A stretch of 64,000 bases of DNA from Eledone cirrhosa (taxonomy: Eukaryota). Where the stretch lies: contig OZ024764.1 in the NCBI GenBank assembly GCA_964016885.1, forward strand, positions 19,778,001 through 19,842,000, read 5' to 3'. The position numbers and the translations under genes were made by a program. The notes under the pieces were generated by a model. That model was not told the origin of the DNA and did not search any database. It was given only the letters and a program-made list of their open reading frames with translations. The first letter of the stretch is position 1, and the number at the start of each line of letters is the position of its first letter. This document shows positions 11,720 to 26,100 of the stretch, in pieces.

Positions 11720-12325
11720 ACTGTCACATTTGTGAGACCCCAGTTAGGGATGTTTTTGTCTCCCTCCCACATCCTACATGCTGTAGTAAAAGTGAGGGTC
11801 ACTGCTTCTGTAGACGAACGAAATAAAAGTTAAACTACCAGTAATTATCGGCAAAGTATTTATTCCAGGCTGATGTTTGAGAAGCCGGGCTGCTGACAAT
11901 GAAGTTGTGGTCACTGTTGGCAGCTGGCTTTACCGAAGTACCCGATGACTCTTGTGAGGGTACTTAGCTGTTTGGGTGGTTTAGCCTCCATATGACATGA
12001 TTTTACTGAGATACCCGGTGATCTCTGTCAGTGTACTTAGCTGTTCTGGCGGTTTAGCCTCCACATGACATGATTTTACCGAGATACCCGGTGATCTCTG
12101 TCAGTGTACTTAGCTGTTCTGGTAGCTTAGCTTCCTTATAACCAGATCTTACCGAGATACCCGATGACTCTTGTGATGGTACTTAGCTGTTCTGGTAGCT
12201 TAGCCTCCATATGACCCGATCTTACCGAGATACCCGGTGATCTCTGTCAGGGTACTTAGCTGTTCTGGCAACTTAGCCTCCATATGACCCGAGATACCCG
12301 GTGATCTCTGCCAGGGTACTCGATT
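11720..12325 (+). repeat. CRE fragment whose 3' part is expanded into a 73-bp tandem repeat (~5 copies, 11930-12325); paralog arrays ~18075-18260, ~30953-31062, ~45387-45780, ~63635-63822
   Basis: 11720-11930 aligns with 725-945; unit TTACCGAGATACCCGGTGATCTCTGTCAGGGTACTTAGCTGTTCTGGCAACTTAGCCTCCATATGACCCGATC. Confidence 0.8.
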
Positions 12326-12664
12326 GATCCAGTACCCTACTATTTCTACCAACAGGTTATATCGAGGTATCAAGTGATACTCTTTTCAAGTCAAGACCTC
12401 CTCTGCTGTCCTCTGTCTTCCAACTGCCCTGTTATTCTACAGACTCACGAAAGTGGACACCACCTGAAGGAGAGAGTGGTTGGTGTAGTGGTCATCGCTG
12501 GCTATTGTCCGAGTGACACTGGTAAAATACACTACCTAGACTGAGGTAAAACGTCTACCGTCCATTCCTCACCACCAACACCTTACTTTCTCTATTTTAA
12601 TTACATTTACTGTTTTCAACTTCATTTTTTATTACAAACTTTACATAATTTAATTCGGTAAAAA

Positions 12665-12778
12665 TATTTTACGTCACAAAAAAACATTGAAGCATGCGCA
12701 GTGGTGCAGTTGTCGACTTCCTGTCCACGTGTTAGTCTTCCTACAACATCATTTAGAAAACATTTCTGTAAATACTAA
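12665..12778 (+). promoter_or_regulatory. Orphan putative promoter and truncated exon 1
   Basis: TTACGTCA (CRE/ATF-like), GCATGCGCA (NRF1-like), ACTTCCTGT (ETS-like), CACGTG (E-box) within ~65 bp; cut before the splice donor. Confidence 0.6.
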
Positions 12779-15700
12779 GTACAGACTCAGTATGGGCAGT
12801 GATTTTCAGCTCTTTGCACATAAGAAAATGAATTAAATTTTCATCTGACAACGGAGACTTCCATAAGCTTAGTTTTCTAATGAAGCACTTGATGTCATCT
12901 TACAACTGAGTGATGGGTTTGTTTTTACCTTCATCATCATCATCATCATCGTTTAACGTCCGTGTTCCATGCTTGCATGGGTTTGGACGGGAGTTTTCCC
13001 ACTTGAGGCAAGAGTGGTTGTCTTGCTCGCATAGGACTGTCTGGCGGGTTTTCTACAGTTGGATGCCCTTCCTAACACCAACCACATTTACAGTGTGGGG
13101 CTGGGAGGTTTTTACCGTGTTGCCTACACGGTCACATTACAGCGTGGACTGTGAGTTTTGCCGTTCACGTATATTACTATTACACATCCAGCGGAGCATG
13201 CAAGCATCGTTCCTCACTAGTCTGCGTATATCCTCTGCACACAATGCCCAGGTCTCACTGCCATGCAACATTGCTGTTCGTATGCAGGCATTATACAACC
13301 TGCCTTTCACTTTTAGGGAGAACCCTTTATCGGCTAATAGTGGTATAAGCTCTCTGAACTTTTTCCATCCAGTTCTGACTCTAGCTACTGTACTTTCGGA
13401 GCACCCTCCCCCACTGCTGATTTTGTCACCCAGGTAACGGAAGCTGTCCACTATTTCTATAGAACCCTCTGCGCAGTTGAAATAGCTAGTATTTGTGGGC
13501 ACTTGCTGCTACTTATTGCACCAGAGCACCGCCCACATGTAAAATCTATGTTCTTAGTTAGCTTAGATCCCACTACATCTTTTATGCACCCATACTTTGC
13601 ATTTGGGACATAAAATGGAGTTTCTACCTACGCCTTTCCTACACACTGAGCATGGCCATTTCCCGGAAGGGACCGGCGCCTTATTTTCTTTCCTACAAAC
13701 TAGAACTTTAGTCTTAGCCATGTTAATTTTAAGGCCTTTTGATTCTAGGCCATGCTTCCATTCTTTGGAATTTCTTCTCTAGCTCGGCCATTGATTCAGC
13801 TATGAGCGTTAGGTCATCTGCGTATAGGAGTTCCCATGGGCAGCCGGTCTTGAACTCCTCTGTTATAGCCTGAAGGGCAATAATGAATAGTAGGGGGCTA
13901 AGAACAGAGCCCTGATGGACACCAACTTTTACGCTAAACTCTTCACTATATTCGTTGTTAATTCTAACCTTGCTCACTGTTTCTTTATACATGGCTTGTA
14001 TAGCTCTCACAAGCCATTCGTCAACACCTAGTTTTCTAAGAGCCCACCAGATAATGGAACGGGGGACTCTGTCGAAGGCTTTCTCCAAGTCGACAAAGGC
14101 TAAGTATAGGGGTTTACTTTTAGCTAGGTACTTCTCCTGTAGTTGACGTACAATGAAAAGAGCGTCTGTGGTACTTTTGCCTGACACAAACCCGAACTGC
14201 ATTTCATCTAGATCGATTCTCTCTCTGATTAGTTGCGCTATTACTTTTTCCGTGACCTTCATGACCTGGTCGATTAATTTAATCCCTCTATAGTTACTCC
14301 TATCTAGGGCGTCTCCTTTACCCTTGTAACAGTTAATGATGATGCTGCTACGCCAGTCCTTCGGAACAACCCCATTCTGTATGACTTGGTTTACTATCCG
14401 GGTGACCATGGTGTGTCCCACCGTTCCAGAGGCCTTCAGCATCTCAGCGACTATTTCCGAAGGCCCAGCCGCCTTACCCGTCTTCATATCTTTGATCGCC
14501 TTACTTATTATACTACCTTCAACTAACACTGCTGGTCCCTCTATTGGATCGATCTGGGGGAGACTATCCTTCTCCCATTTATTCTCCTCATTTAGTAGCC
14601 TCTCGTAGTGACACTTCCAAGCGACCTTCTTATCAGCGTCAGTGATGGTGAGTACGCCATCATCATTTAGTACACACTTCTCCCCAACAATATCACGGTT
14701 TTCCTTGACACATTGCCTAGCGATCCTGAACACCTCACGTTTTTGGTCCTCGCGTTGTAGAACATGCTTGAACTTTCTTTCCTCTGCTTCCCTTCTTGCA
14801 AAGTACACTTGTCTCCTAGGTTCCCTCCTGGCCACTTGATAGTCTTCTCTACTTCCCCCATCCCGCCATATTTCAAATTAAGATCAGTTAATTGTGCAGT
14901 AATATCCACAAATAAAGCCAGATGTTGGAGCCAACTTTCATCTTTTATTTCACCTGTGTTTTGACCTTTCATCTCCAAAAACATAATTATTTCAACAAAT
15001 AGAATTTTTTCAGCACTTTGTGACATGTCAACCAGCAGACTTCTGTGTAGAATGGAACTTCGGTGAACTGATTATCCATATCTTCCAACAACTGGCTGAA
15101 CTGACGGTGGTTGAGAGCATGGCCTCTGATTTAGTTCACTGTCTTTGTGACCAAGCTAAGCACATGATGCAATTTTAAAATCTTTGAACATAAATTTTGC
15201 TGATGAATAATGCAGTGAAAATGTGCAAATGATGAATCTAGATATGAGTTTTCTATTTTTGTTTGTAACTTGGCAGCAACACCATTATGTCTACCAACCA
15301 TATTTGCAGCACTGTCAGTAGATAAACATGCAAGTTTACTCAGATCAAAACCATGCAGACCCTGCTTGACCTTCTCAAAGATGTCCTGGCTTGTTATAGT
15401 GTCATGCATGGGGACCAGTTCAATCAGTTCTTCATAAATATTAAATTCACAGTCACAGGCCCTGATGAAGAATGCAAGCTGTACTATTCCAGTGATGTCA
15501 ACAGTCTCTTCAATAGCAATAGAAACATGTTCAAACCTTGATGATACAGCCTTTAACTGTTGTTTCAGATCACCTGACATTTCATTAATCTGTTCAGCAA
15601 CAGTGTTCCTGGTTAATGAAATGTCTTTGAATAACTCTGCTTTCTCTGGACAATTTCAGCTGTTTTTACAAGACATTACTTTACAAAATCTCCTTCACTG

Positions 15701-16279
15701 TAAGATTTCCCACTCATGGCAATCATTCGACTGAGTTCATAGCTTGCAGTAACAGAAGTGACATTCTCTTCCTGAATTAACATAAAACAGGTCTGTTGCT
15801 GTGTCAAGTTAGACTTCAATTCCTTGAGTCTTGAAACACACATTGGGCCTTCATATTTATCGTAAGATTGATGGTTTGTTTCATAATGTCTTTTTAAATT
15901 GTACTCTTTTGGCGTGGAGATGTAGTTGTTGCAAATTAAACAGTGTATCTTTCTGTTCACCATTGGGCAAAAATACTGTAATTCCTACTTTTCTTGAAAC
16001 ATTTGCCCTTCTTCGTTCAATTTCCTTTTTCTCTTAGCTGGAGGAGCACTAACCATTTCAAAAACAAAATCTTTTGAAATTTTGAAAGAAATTTTTCTGT
16101 TAAGGAACTGCACGTGATTAATGGAAGTTAAAAGTCGTTGACAAAATTTGCACAAAAAAAATAATTGTATCGAAAATGTTTTAAATTTTATATTACGAAA
16201 ATGAAACATGCTCGCACTGTAAAAACCTTTGTGTGGGCCGCAGGTTTGCTTGCAAAGGGCCGCATGTTTGACATGTCTG
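12775..16279 (-). mobile_element. hAT fossil copy 2, left end deleted, interrupted by an RTE LINE
   Basis: Matches 8806-10376; right TIR plus ATGTAGGT at 16266-16287. Confidence 0.9.
12932..14870 (-). mobile_element. 5'-truncated RTE-clade LINE with reverse transcriptase and (ATG)n tail
   Basis: ORF 13729-14835 (NYRGIKL, FVDLEKAFDRV, QGSVLSPLLF, LYADD) and ORF 13137-13502; (CAT)n at 12932-12950; nested in the hAT without a TSD. Confidence 0.95.
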
Positions 16280-17088
16280 ATGTAGGTTACCAACACTAGG
16301 CAGGGCAGCATGTCCATCAGTGTCTTCTGCTACATTAACTACCAGGAGGTCACCACATGAGACAAAGACCAAAGACTACATTTCAAAGAAGGGTCATAAA
16401 AGAACTAAATACAAAAGTCCTCGCAGCAAAAAACAAATAATTGAGCTTTGGGTCTAGGTCAAGGGGCAGAAGTGCTGTACCCTGTGGATAAGACTGCAAA
16501 AGTATTCGCCCCGGACAGTGACACCCACTGCAATAGCCACCCCAACCCCATGGGACTCCCTCTTCAGAAGGGCCACCAATGTTCTGATCTTACAGAGGAG
16601 CTCGCCCGTACAGGGTCCAAGTACTTCTGAGGTCTCGATGGTGACCGGTGTGAAGAGACCTACAATTGATGTCATCCCAGTTATGTTGGACTGTAATATA
16701 CTGGGGTAAAGAGAGGCCTTAACCTGTCTCAGCCGAGCCACCCAGGGTTGTGTCATCTAGGTACCAGACAGGGGTAACTAGACCATGTTGTCAACTGTCA
16801 ACACCAATAGGAGTGAGGCGAGTGGTCCCCTTGCTAGACACCATATATAAAACGTATTTGCTAATTACTTTAATGAATAATTTGTTTCATACGTAATTAT
16901 TACTTTTAACACAATAGGATTTTGTACACGTGTTTGTTTGAAAACATCTTTCAAAGAAGTATGAGACAGTCTTTTGTAGTGTTTATTATAATAAATTACT
17001 GGATGTTGAGCTGTTTTAACTTCTCCACCTTCTATTAATTCATATTGTTTTTGTAAAAAAACGAGATCTTTTTCATATATATATATAT

Positions 17089-17295
17089 GAAGGCGTGTGG
17101 CTGAGTGGTTAGAGAATTGGATTCGGAATTGTGAGTTCGATTCTCAGACTGGGCGGTGCGTTATGTCCTAGAGCAAGACATTTTATTTCACGTTGCTCCT
17201 TCTACCTGGAGTTGAGACCGATAGATAGTATTAGCAATTGGAAAAACCAATGGAAACATTGTTTCCTCGGTCCGATTTGACGAAAAGTTGATCAT
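17089..17295 (+). mobile_element. tRNA-derived SINE (paralog 29969-30185; headless remnants ~11040-11130 and ~44515-44605)
   Basis: A box TGGCTGAGTGG, B box GAGTTCGATTC, then GTCCT(A/T)GAGCAAGACA..TTTCACGTTGCTCC body. Confidence 0.8.
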
Positions 17296-18599
17296 AAAAA
17301 ATATATATAGAGAGAGAGAGAGAAACACACAAACATACACTACTGTATTACATATGTAAGGGGATATAACTCTCGTTACATCCCCCCTTCTTTTTGATAT
17401 ACGTACTTTAAATACTTTGTTCAATGGAATCTGCTTTATTTTGTCCTAAGTAGATTTCTGTTTAAGTATTTACGAGATTCACAATGATTCACGTAACCAA
17501 GTTACTTACATAGAAATATATTTCACATAGAATCACAACAAATGAAAATATTAAGTCAACACTCTGTCAATCAGTCTCACATCACATGGGGTGCCGGAGT
17601 CTCCCTCTAATACTTTCTGAGACAGTCTTACCTCGAGTGATAGCAAGGCTAAGATGTTGGAACTACCAAACACCCTCATATGTATCACCTGACACCTCGG
17701 TAAGGAGAGCTGCCAACGATAACAAGAACCTCGTTGTCAGGGACCTATCTCCTCCAAACTTCTCCAACACCACAGACTAGAATATTCTACTCTTTATTCC
17801 CTATCAAATATATTTCAGTCTAGTCATTTATCTTGTATGTTGTATATATTTTTTCAAAACTAACTGTCACATTTGTGAGACCCCAGTTAGTGATGTTTTC
17901 GTCTCCCTCCCACATCCTACATGCTGTAGTAAAAGTGAGGGTCACTGCTTCTGTAGACGAACGAAATAAAAGTTAAACTACCAGTAATTATCGGCAAAGT
18001 ATTTATTCCAGTCTGTGATGTTTGAGAAGCTGGGCTGCTGACAACGAAGTTGTTGTCACTGTTTGCGGCTGGCTTTACCGAAGGACCCGATGACTCTTGT
18101 GAGGGTACTTAGCTGTTCTGGCGGTTTAGCCTCCACATGACCCGATCTTACCGAAGTACCCGGTGATCTCTGTCAGCGTACTTAGCTGCTCTGGCGGTTT
18201 AGCCCCCATATGACCCTATCTTACCGACATACCCGGGGATCTATGTCAGGGTACTCGATTGATCCAGCACCCTACTATTTCTACCAACAGGTTATATAGA
18301 GGTATCAAGTGATACTCTTTTCAAGTCAAGACCTCCTCTGCTGTCCTCTGTCTTCCAACTGCCCTGTTATTCTACAGACTCACGAAAATGGACACCACCT
18401 GAAGGAGAGAGTGGTTGGTGTAGTGGTCATCGCTGGCTATTGTCCGAGTGACACAGGTAAAATACACTACCTAGACTGAGGTAAAACGTCTACCGTCCAT
18501 TCCTCACCACCAACACCTTACTTTCTCTATTTTAATTACATTTACTGTTTTCAACTTCATTTTTTTATTACAAACTTTACATAATTTAATTCGGGAAAA

Positions 18600-18738
18600 A
18601 TATTTTTACGTCACAAAAAAACATTGAAGCATGCGCAGTGGTGCAGTTGTCGACTTCCTGTCCGCGTGTTAGTCTTCCTACAACATCATTTAGAAAACAT
18701 TTCTGTAAATACTAAACACCTGAGACTATAATGTAAGT
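18600..18738 (+). promoter_or_regulatory. Putative promoter and noncoding exon 1 of ZNF copy 2
   Basis: TTACGTCA, GCATGCGCA, ACTTCCTGT (E-box changed to CGCGTG); donor AAT|GTAAGT at 18733; predicted acceptor ends 21434. Confidence 0.6.
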
Positions 18739-18800
18739 ATTATGTCTATTAATATTGTAGATTTAAGCTCACTTTTCACATCACAAATATATATTTTCTT

Positions 18801-19514
18801 CGCTCAACCTTAAGTCTCACGTCAGATATGAAATTTATTTTCATTTTCGATTCATTAAAAACTATTGTTTATCTGAATACAAAAACTGGTTGGACGACTA
18901 CGGGCTGGCACTACATTAGTTGATGTTTTGGATGTAAATGACATCGTTAATGAGAATATTACACTTGTTACTCTTATACCTGTCATATACGGTGACAATC
19001 TATGTTACAGTGGCTGGTAAATTGTCCTGTTTGTAATGAATCCTGTACATTAAACCATTATTCTGAGACTCACAAGAAATGGAGATGGCGATGTAACCCC
19101 GACAATGTCTCCCAATCAGTGCGACATAATTGTTTTTTTCAAGGAAACCATGTGCCACTCGATCACCTTATTTTTATTTTATACATGTGGTGCTACAATT
19201 ATACACAAGCTGAGATGATTCGAGAAACGGGAGTCTCCCAACCGACAATTATTGACTGGTGCAATTTTATTCGAGAAATTTGCGAGCAATATTTGGAGGA
19301 AAATCGCCAACAACTTGGAGGCTTCGATGACAATGGTGAGTCCATCATTGTCTCGATCGACGAGAGCCAACATGGTACCAGAGCTGCTTTATTTCAATCT
19401 TATATTGCAGTCTTTGGCGACAGAGTTGGTGCCAACAAGTTTGGCGAGATGATAAACTGCATTGGAGCAATTGATATGGTGTTTCATTACTGGAAATATA
19501 AAATGATATGGTAA
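18801..19514 (+). mobile_element. Merlin (IS1016/ISXO2-like) transposase remnant, internally deleted
   Basis: ORF 19002-19514: CPVC..WRWRC..SVRHNCFF zinc ribbon, HTH-like TGVSQPTIIDWCNFIREIC, IVSIDES catalytic motif joined directly to HGT..LFQSY. Confidence 0.8.
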
Positions 19515-20289
19515 TTATCTATATTTTACCTCACACCTTAGGGGTTAACTACACACTTTGAGGCAAGCCAACACACTCGCAGCAATACCACGGGTGATGG
19601 TGAGGCTAAGGTGCTTAAATAACCAGGTACCCTCACGGGTATCACCTAACACCTCGGTAAGGTGAGGCTTAGGTGCTGAAATAACGAGGTACCCTCACGG
19701 GTATCACCTAATACCTCATTAAGGTGAGGCTAAGGTGCTGAGATCACCAGGTACCCTCACGGGTATCACCTGACACCTCAGTAAGGTGAGGCTAAGGTGC
19801 TTAAATAACCAGGTACCCTCACGGAAAAGACTAGATTTGTAGAAAAAGTAGGGTGAAAGTATACAAAGAGATGTAGTTTCACAGATCTACTCACACCTCA
19901 CGTTGGGTGGGAAATAATTATTTTTCTAGACCCCTTTTCAATATTTTCTCTGAACCCCTGAGATACTTGCAATAGACGTTTTATCCCCCAGTATTATGGT
20001 TAGGGTTTCCGTTTTCAGGAAGAAAAGTCGATTGCAAACATCTAAGAGGTCTAGAAATAAAATTAAGGAAAGATAATTATTTCCCAGCCAACTGGAGAAG
20101 TGTGTAGCTCTTCTAAACTCCGATAATCCTGTCTCCCACTTCTTTATCTACAAATCTAGTCGTTTCCTGCTACTTTGAAGGCCCTATTTATTGATAACAC
20201 CACTTGTAAATCTTTGTCAACTTTTCATACGTAAATTGTGAATCAGTTATTTTTAAACAAACTATCAAAGAAGTGATCTCACAGTAACT

Positions 20290-20515
20290 GTGTTTGATTT
20301 AATCAACTTATTCCCCACAAACATTGTCGACCTTGTGTCTAAATCAGAAACTATTATTAGATCTTAAATCAACCCCGTAAAGATGAAGGGCAAAGCTAAC
20401 CTCGGTGGGATTTCAACCCTTTATGTTATGAGTACAAATCCCACCAAAGTTAACTTTGTCTTTCATTCTAACGGGGTGGATAAATTAAAGTTCCATAAAT
20501 CTACTGGGGTCTGAG
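20290..20515. mobile_element. SINE fragments in inverted orientation (paralogs ~32770-32990, ~47490-47705)
   Basis: AAAGATGAAGGGCAAAGCTAACCTCGGTGGGATTT faces AAATCCCACCAAAGTTAACTTTGTCTTTCATTCT; resembles common cephalopod SINE cores (from memory). Confidence 0.5.
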
Positions 20516-20568
20516 ATATTAACGTTTGAGTAGATTCTATCTTTTGTGTGTTTGTATTTATAATCTTA

Positions 20569-20687
20569 CTAGAACACCTGTGACCTGTTGGGTCACGTTC
20601 CCTTTAAAAATAATTTTTAAATAATTAAAATATACACAGACAAGTATATAATCTAAAATGAAATTAGTAGGTAGGCCCATGTTTATG

Positions 20688-20733
<46 letters not shown>

Positions 20734-20865
20734 TGTGTAAATATATATATATATATATATATATAATGGGAGTGTCTGTCACAGACGCACACACACAAGT
20801 CTCTTGTTATAATTTTAAAATTTTTCGTTCAACAACACCACCAGCTTTCTTACTCTATCTCTCTC

Positions 20866-20908
<43 letters not shown>

Positions 20909-21095
20909 ATGAAGATTCCTGAAAAAAATCTCGGGAACCTGTGCTCTGATTTACATGAAACTTATTTTATCCCATTTGTATTCCCATTTCAGGGTCAACT
21001 TCCTTTCAAACTATTTTCCCATTATGCCCCGTTTTGGCTGTATTACATTACAGACAAGACACAATCACACAATTTTAGGTTTATAATGTTATAGT
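20569..21095 (-). mobile_element. Helitron-like element, antisense, in intron 1 (paralogs 33045-33540, 47762-48225)
   Basis: Reverse complement of the 7080-7418 family; 3' end GTGACC-caaca-GGTCAC-aggtgtt-CTAG|T. Confidence 0.65.
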
Positions 21096-21142
21096 ATCAT
21101 TATAGGGTAATACAGTTATTACAAATTTCTGAGTATCTTATG

Positions 21143-21280
21143 ATCTAATGTCACTATTAACTACTTTTATCAGTCAGTTTAATCTAAAGTCACTAATAAC
21201 TACTTTTATCAGTCAGTTTAATCTAATGTCACTAATAACTACTTTTATCAGTCAGTTTAATCTACTGCCACTAATAACTA
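21143..21280 (+). repeat. 39-bp minisatellite, ~3.5 copies
   Basis: Same unit as 2855-3500. Confidence 0.95.
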
Positions 21281-22134
21281 ACCTATGTTAGTCAGCATAT
21301 TCTTCACCAAAGAAGGCCTTAGTATTTATTACAGTCCATTTATCAATATAGAAATATTATATGAAATTTGTACTGATGTATTACAAGTTTCTGAGTATTT
21401 TCTGATGTATTATAATGTTCTTTTATTATTTCAGAATACCAGAGGACATTGGCATTAAAGAGCACGTTACATCAGACATATCCTCAACATTAACCATTTC
21501 TAATGAAAGACACTACCCATCATTTTCAAATAATTTTGAAAACACTCAACACTTTGAAGGGATTTAGTAATAAATTTATAAAGACTGGTATGAAAAGGAT
21601 AAAACACTTTTATATCAGTTGTCTCATCAACACCATTTTTTAAAGACTAAAGGAAGCTGTTATACAGAACAGATACAACCTTGTTTATATAAATCTATGG
21701 GAGAAATACTGGGAAATATTTCTTGTAAACTCAATAACACTTCTATTCTTCGCTGTCTGGAATATGTAGAAGATACAAAATAAACATGATTTTGTAAGAT
21801 CTTCATATATTGACAAAGATGATAGTTGATGGAACTACAGGAGTAGAAATATTTCCATTATTACAGGAATAACTAATCAAATGAAGACCAGAAAAATTAG
21901 ATTCTTCACTGTCTGGAATATGTACAAGATGATTTTATATGTATATTAAACTTGAAGAGATCTACAAAACAGTTTGTATCATCTTTAAATATAAAGAAAG
22001 ACCAAAGTTGATGGAAATATATCTGGAGGAATATGTTTTAGGAATAATATTATAAACATAAAGAAGAAAAATATCCATATATTAAGAGGAGAAAAATATT
22101 AAAACTGAATTATGTGAGAAACTGAGGTGATTGA

Positions 22135-23184
<1,050 letters not shown>

Positions 23185-26100
23185 CTGTATCAATATCAAA
23201 CTCATTACATCATACAACAACAACAACAACAATTGTGTAGATCCATCATCCTTGCTAAAACTGGGGTTAACCTTGTAGGTTTTACCTATGACAGGGATCA
23301 TAAACACCAGGTTTCCATTTTTGAAGTAGTGTTTGAAGATTTTGTGTAAATTGAAGTTTTTCACATTAAACTTTGATTTATTATACTTTAACAGGTAAGA
23401 TATATATTTGTATTTTTAGTAAAGGTTGGGAACTTCTGTAATTTAAACCTGCCAATAAAATGAAAACTTTTGTTGTTGCTAGTCTGACATTGATATTAAT
23501 TCTATTGTCCTGTACATTGTCTCAAATATCACAGATTAAACAGATTTTAACAATAACAACAGAAATCAATAACTTGTAAGCCTAATATCTAGCTTCCATT
23601 TTAACTATTTGATATTGTTGTTCCCCTCCTGTCTCTTCAGGTCTTTTAGATTTCAACTTCTATCTACTGTACTATTCCATCACCAAGGCAACATTCATCT
23701 GGCTAGCAGCTTACATCAACTACAGAACTCATCAGTGGTTCACAACAGGCTGTCTGAAAGAAACTTCCAGACATCTTCTATGTCATAGCTATCAATCTCC
23801 TCCTCCTTATCATATGTATCATGTAGAACATCTCTGAATTTATATTTAACAGGGAGATCTTTTACTGTCCCTACCCTTTTCTCTATGTTGTCTTGTACCT
23901 CTATCACAGTCCCTCTAGATCTTATATTTAACAGGGAGATCTTTTACTATCCCTACCCTTTTCTCTAGGTTGTCTTGTACCAGTCTCACAGTCCCTCTAG
24001 ATCTTATATTTAACAGGTAGATCTTTTACTGTCCCTACCCTTTTCTCTAGATTGTCTTGTACCAGTCTCACAGTCGCTCTAGATCTTATATTTAACAGGG
24101 AGATCTTTTACTATCCCTACCCTTTTCTCTAAGTTGTCTTGTACCTCTCTCACAGTCCCTCTAGATCTTATATTTAACAGGGAGATGTTTTACTGTCCCT
24201 ACCTATTTCTCTAGGTTGTCTTGTACCTCTCACAGTCCCTGTAGATGTTATATTTAACAGGGAGATCTTTTACTCTCCAACCCTTCTACAGATAGTCTTG
24301 TATATGTCATTCCCTCTAGATCTTACACCTAGTATCTAGTCTATGTTGAGTGGTACGTCCTTCTCCAGTAAAGGAGTTAATATTCCCAACCATCTGTCTA
24401 TCCTGTTTTCTGATGAGAATGAAGTCAATCTAGTTTATCTCTTCACCTGATTGAAGTAACTAGATCAAGTAACTAGATGTTTTCCTGTAAGTTAGTGTTG
24501 CAGTGTTTGTGTCACCATGTCAGGTTTATATCTATTAATATAGAGATGTAGTAAAGTTTTCACTGTTGTATCTCTATTTTCTAAATATCTTAATAATGTT
24601 TCTCTACTATTTCAGAATATCACATGACCTTGACAGAAAAGAGTCTTTTAAAGACAACAGAAAGATGTTACATTCAAGTGATATAAACTTGTTTAGTCTG
24701 TGGTGAATTATGGTGAAATATTTCTTCTGAATTGAGATAAATAACAAATTATTCTTTTTTCACTGTCTGAAATATTTACAAGATGATTTTACATTTGATT
24801 AAACTTTGGATATTTACAAAGGAGTTTTCAAAATATTTGGATATTGACAAAGATCACATTTGGTAAAATGATGAACAATAGAAATATTTACATCAACATA
24901 GGAATATTTTCCAGAAGAGATGGGAAAATCATTATACCACTGTAATATTTGTGGTAAAGTATTCTCTCTTCTTTATATGTAGAACATCTAACTAAACACT
25001 TTAACTAACAAACTATTGTGCTATAGAATTGATAAACTTGAGGAATTTTTAATAAATGTTACAGATTTCTCCAAACTGTTGTTTACTAACTTTAATTTGA
25101 AGCTATATTATCTATATACTACTAAAACTCTGTGATTGTGTCTTGTCCGTAATTTAATACAGCTAAAACGGTGCATAATGGGGAAATACTTTGAAAAGAA
25201 TAAAACAAGTTTTGTATAAAATGGAGCACAGGTTCCCAAGATACGGGGTTTTCTGGGTACCTTGATAAATATAGGGAGAGAAAGAGATAGTGGTTGTGAG
25301 AGAGTGGGAGCTGATGGTGTTGTTTAATAAAATGTGTGTATATATATATATATATATATACGTATGTGTATATTTTAACTGTTTAAAAATTATTTTAAAA
25401 TGACTTTTAAAAAATAGTTTTCAGGGAACGTGACCCAACAGGTCCCGGGTGGTGTAGTTTGTTGTTAATTACTAGATATTAGAGGGTCATGTTGTTCTAG
25501 ATGTGCTGGAAGAGCCATTCCATCTCGTGAGGTTCACACCAGCAGCTAGCCACCTCAGCACCTATGGTGGTATATTTATTATATTATTTATTCTTTATCA
25601 TTAACATTAATATAAAAGATAATTATATATTTTTAGAGAAGAACCTCTAATTTCATATAGCTTAGGGCTTCAGTAGGTAAAAGTCTGGCCCTGCTTGTCT
25701 TGTATTTTTTAGGGGAGAAGTTAGGGAATACGGTTATCGTGTGAAAGTTTTCTAAATCTTCTTCAACCTCTAACATGGAGAAGATATTTCAGTAAAAAGG
25801 TTCACATCCTGACATCTATAGCTGTTAACAATGAGATTGGAATTCATTATTAAACAAATGTTATATCATCACTGTTTTACATCAGTTTTTCCACCCTGGC
25901 ATGGGTTAGACGAGTTAGCAAGGCCAGGTCAGGTGATCACGTGTTGCTCCTACAGAACAAATTTTGGTTTGGTTTCTACAGCTGGATGCCCTTCCTAGCA
26001 CCAACCTTATTTACATTGAGTACTGGGTGCATTTTACCATCTCACCATCACGACCACTTTACAGTGTGGGCTGGGTGCTTTTTGTTGTGACACCTACATG

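Noticed and set aside
14667-15026. Chimeric hAT-RTE ORF
   Set aside because: Chance read-through across the insertion junction; the RTE part is mostly out of its coding frame
17089-17150. tRNA gene
   Set aside because: A and B boxes are present but there is no convincing cloverleaf, and it continues into a SINE body
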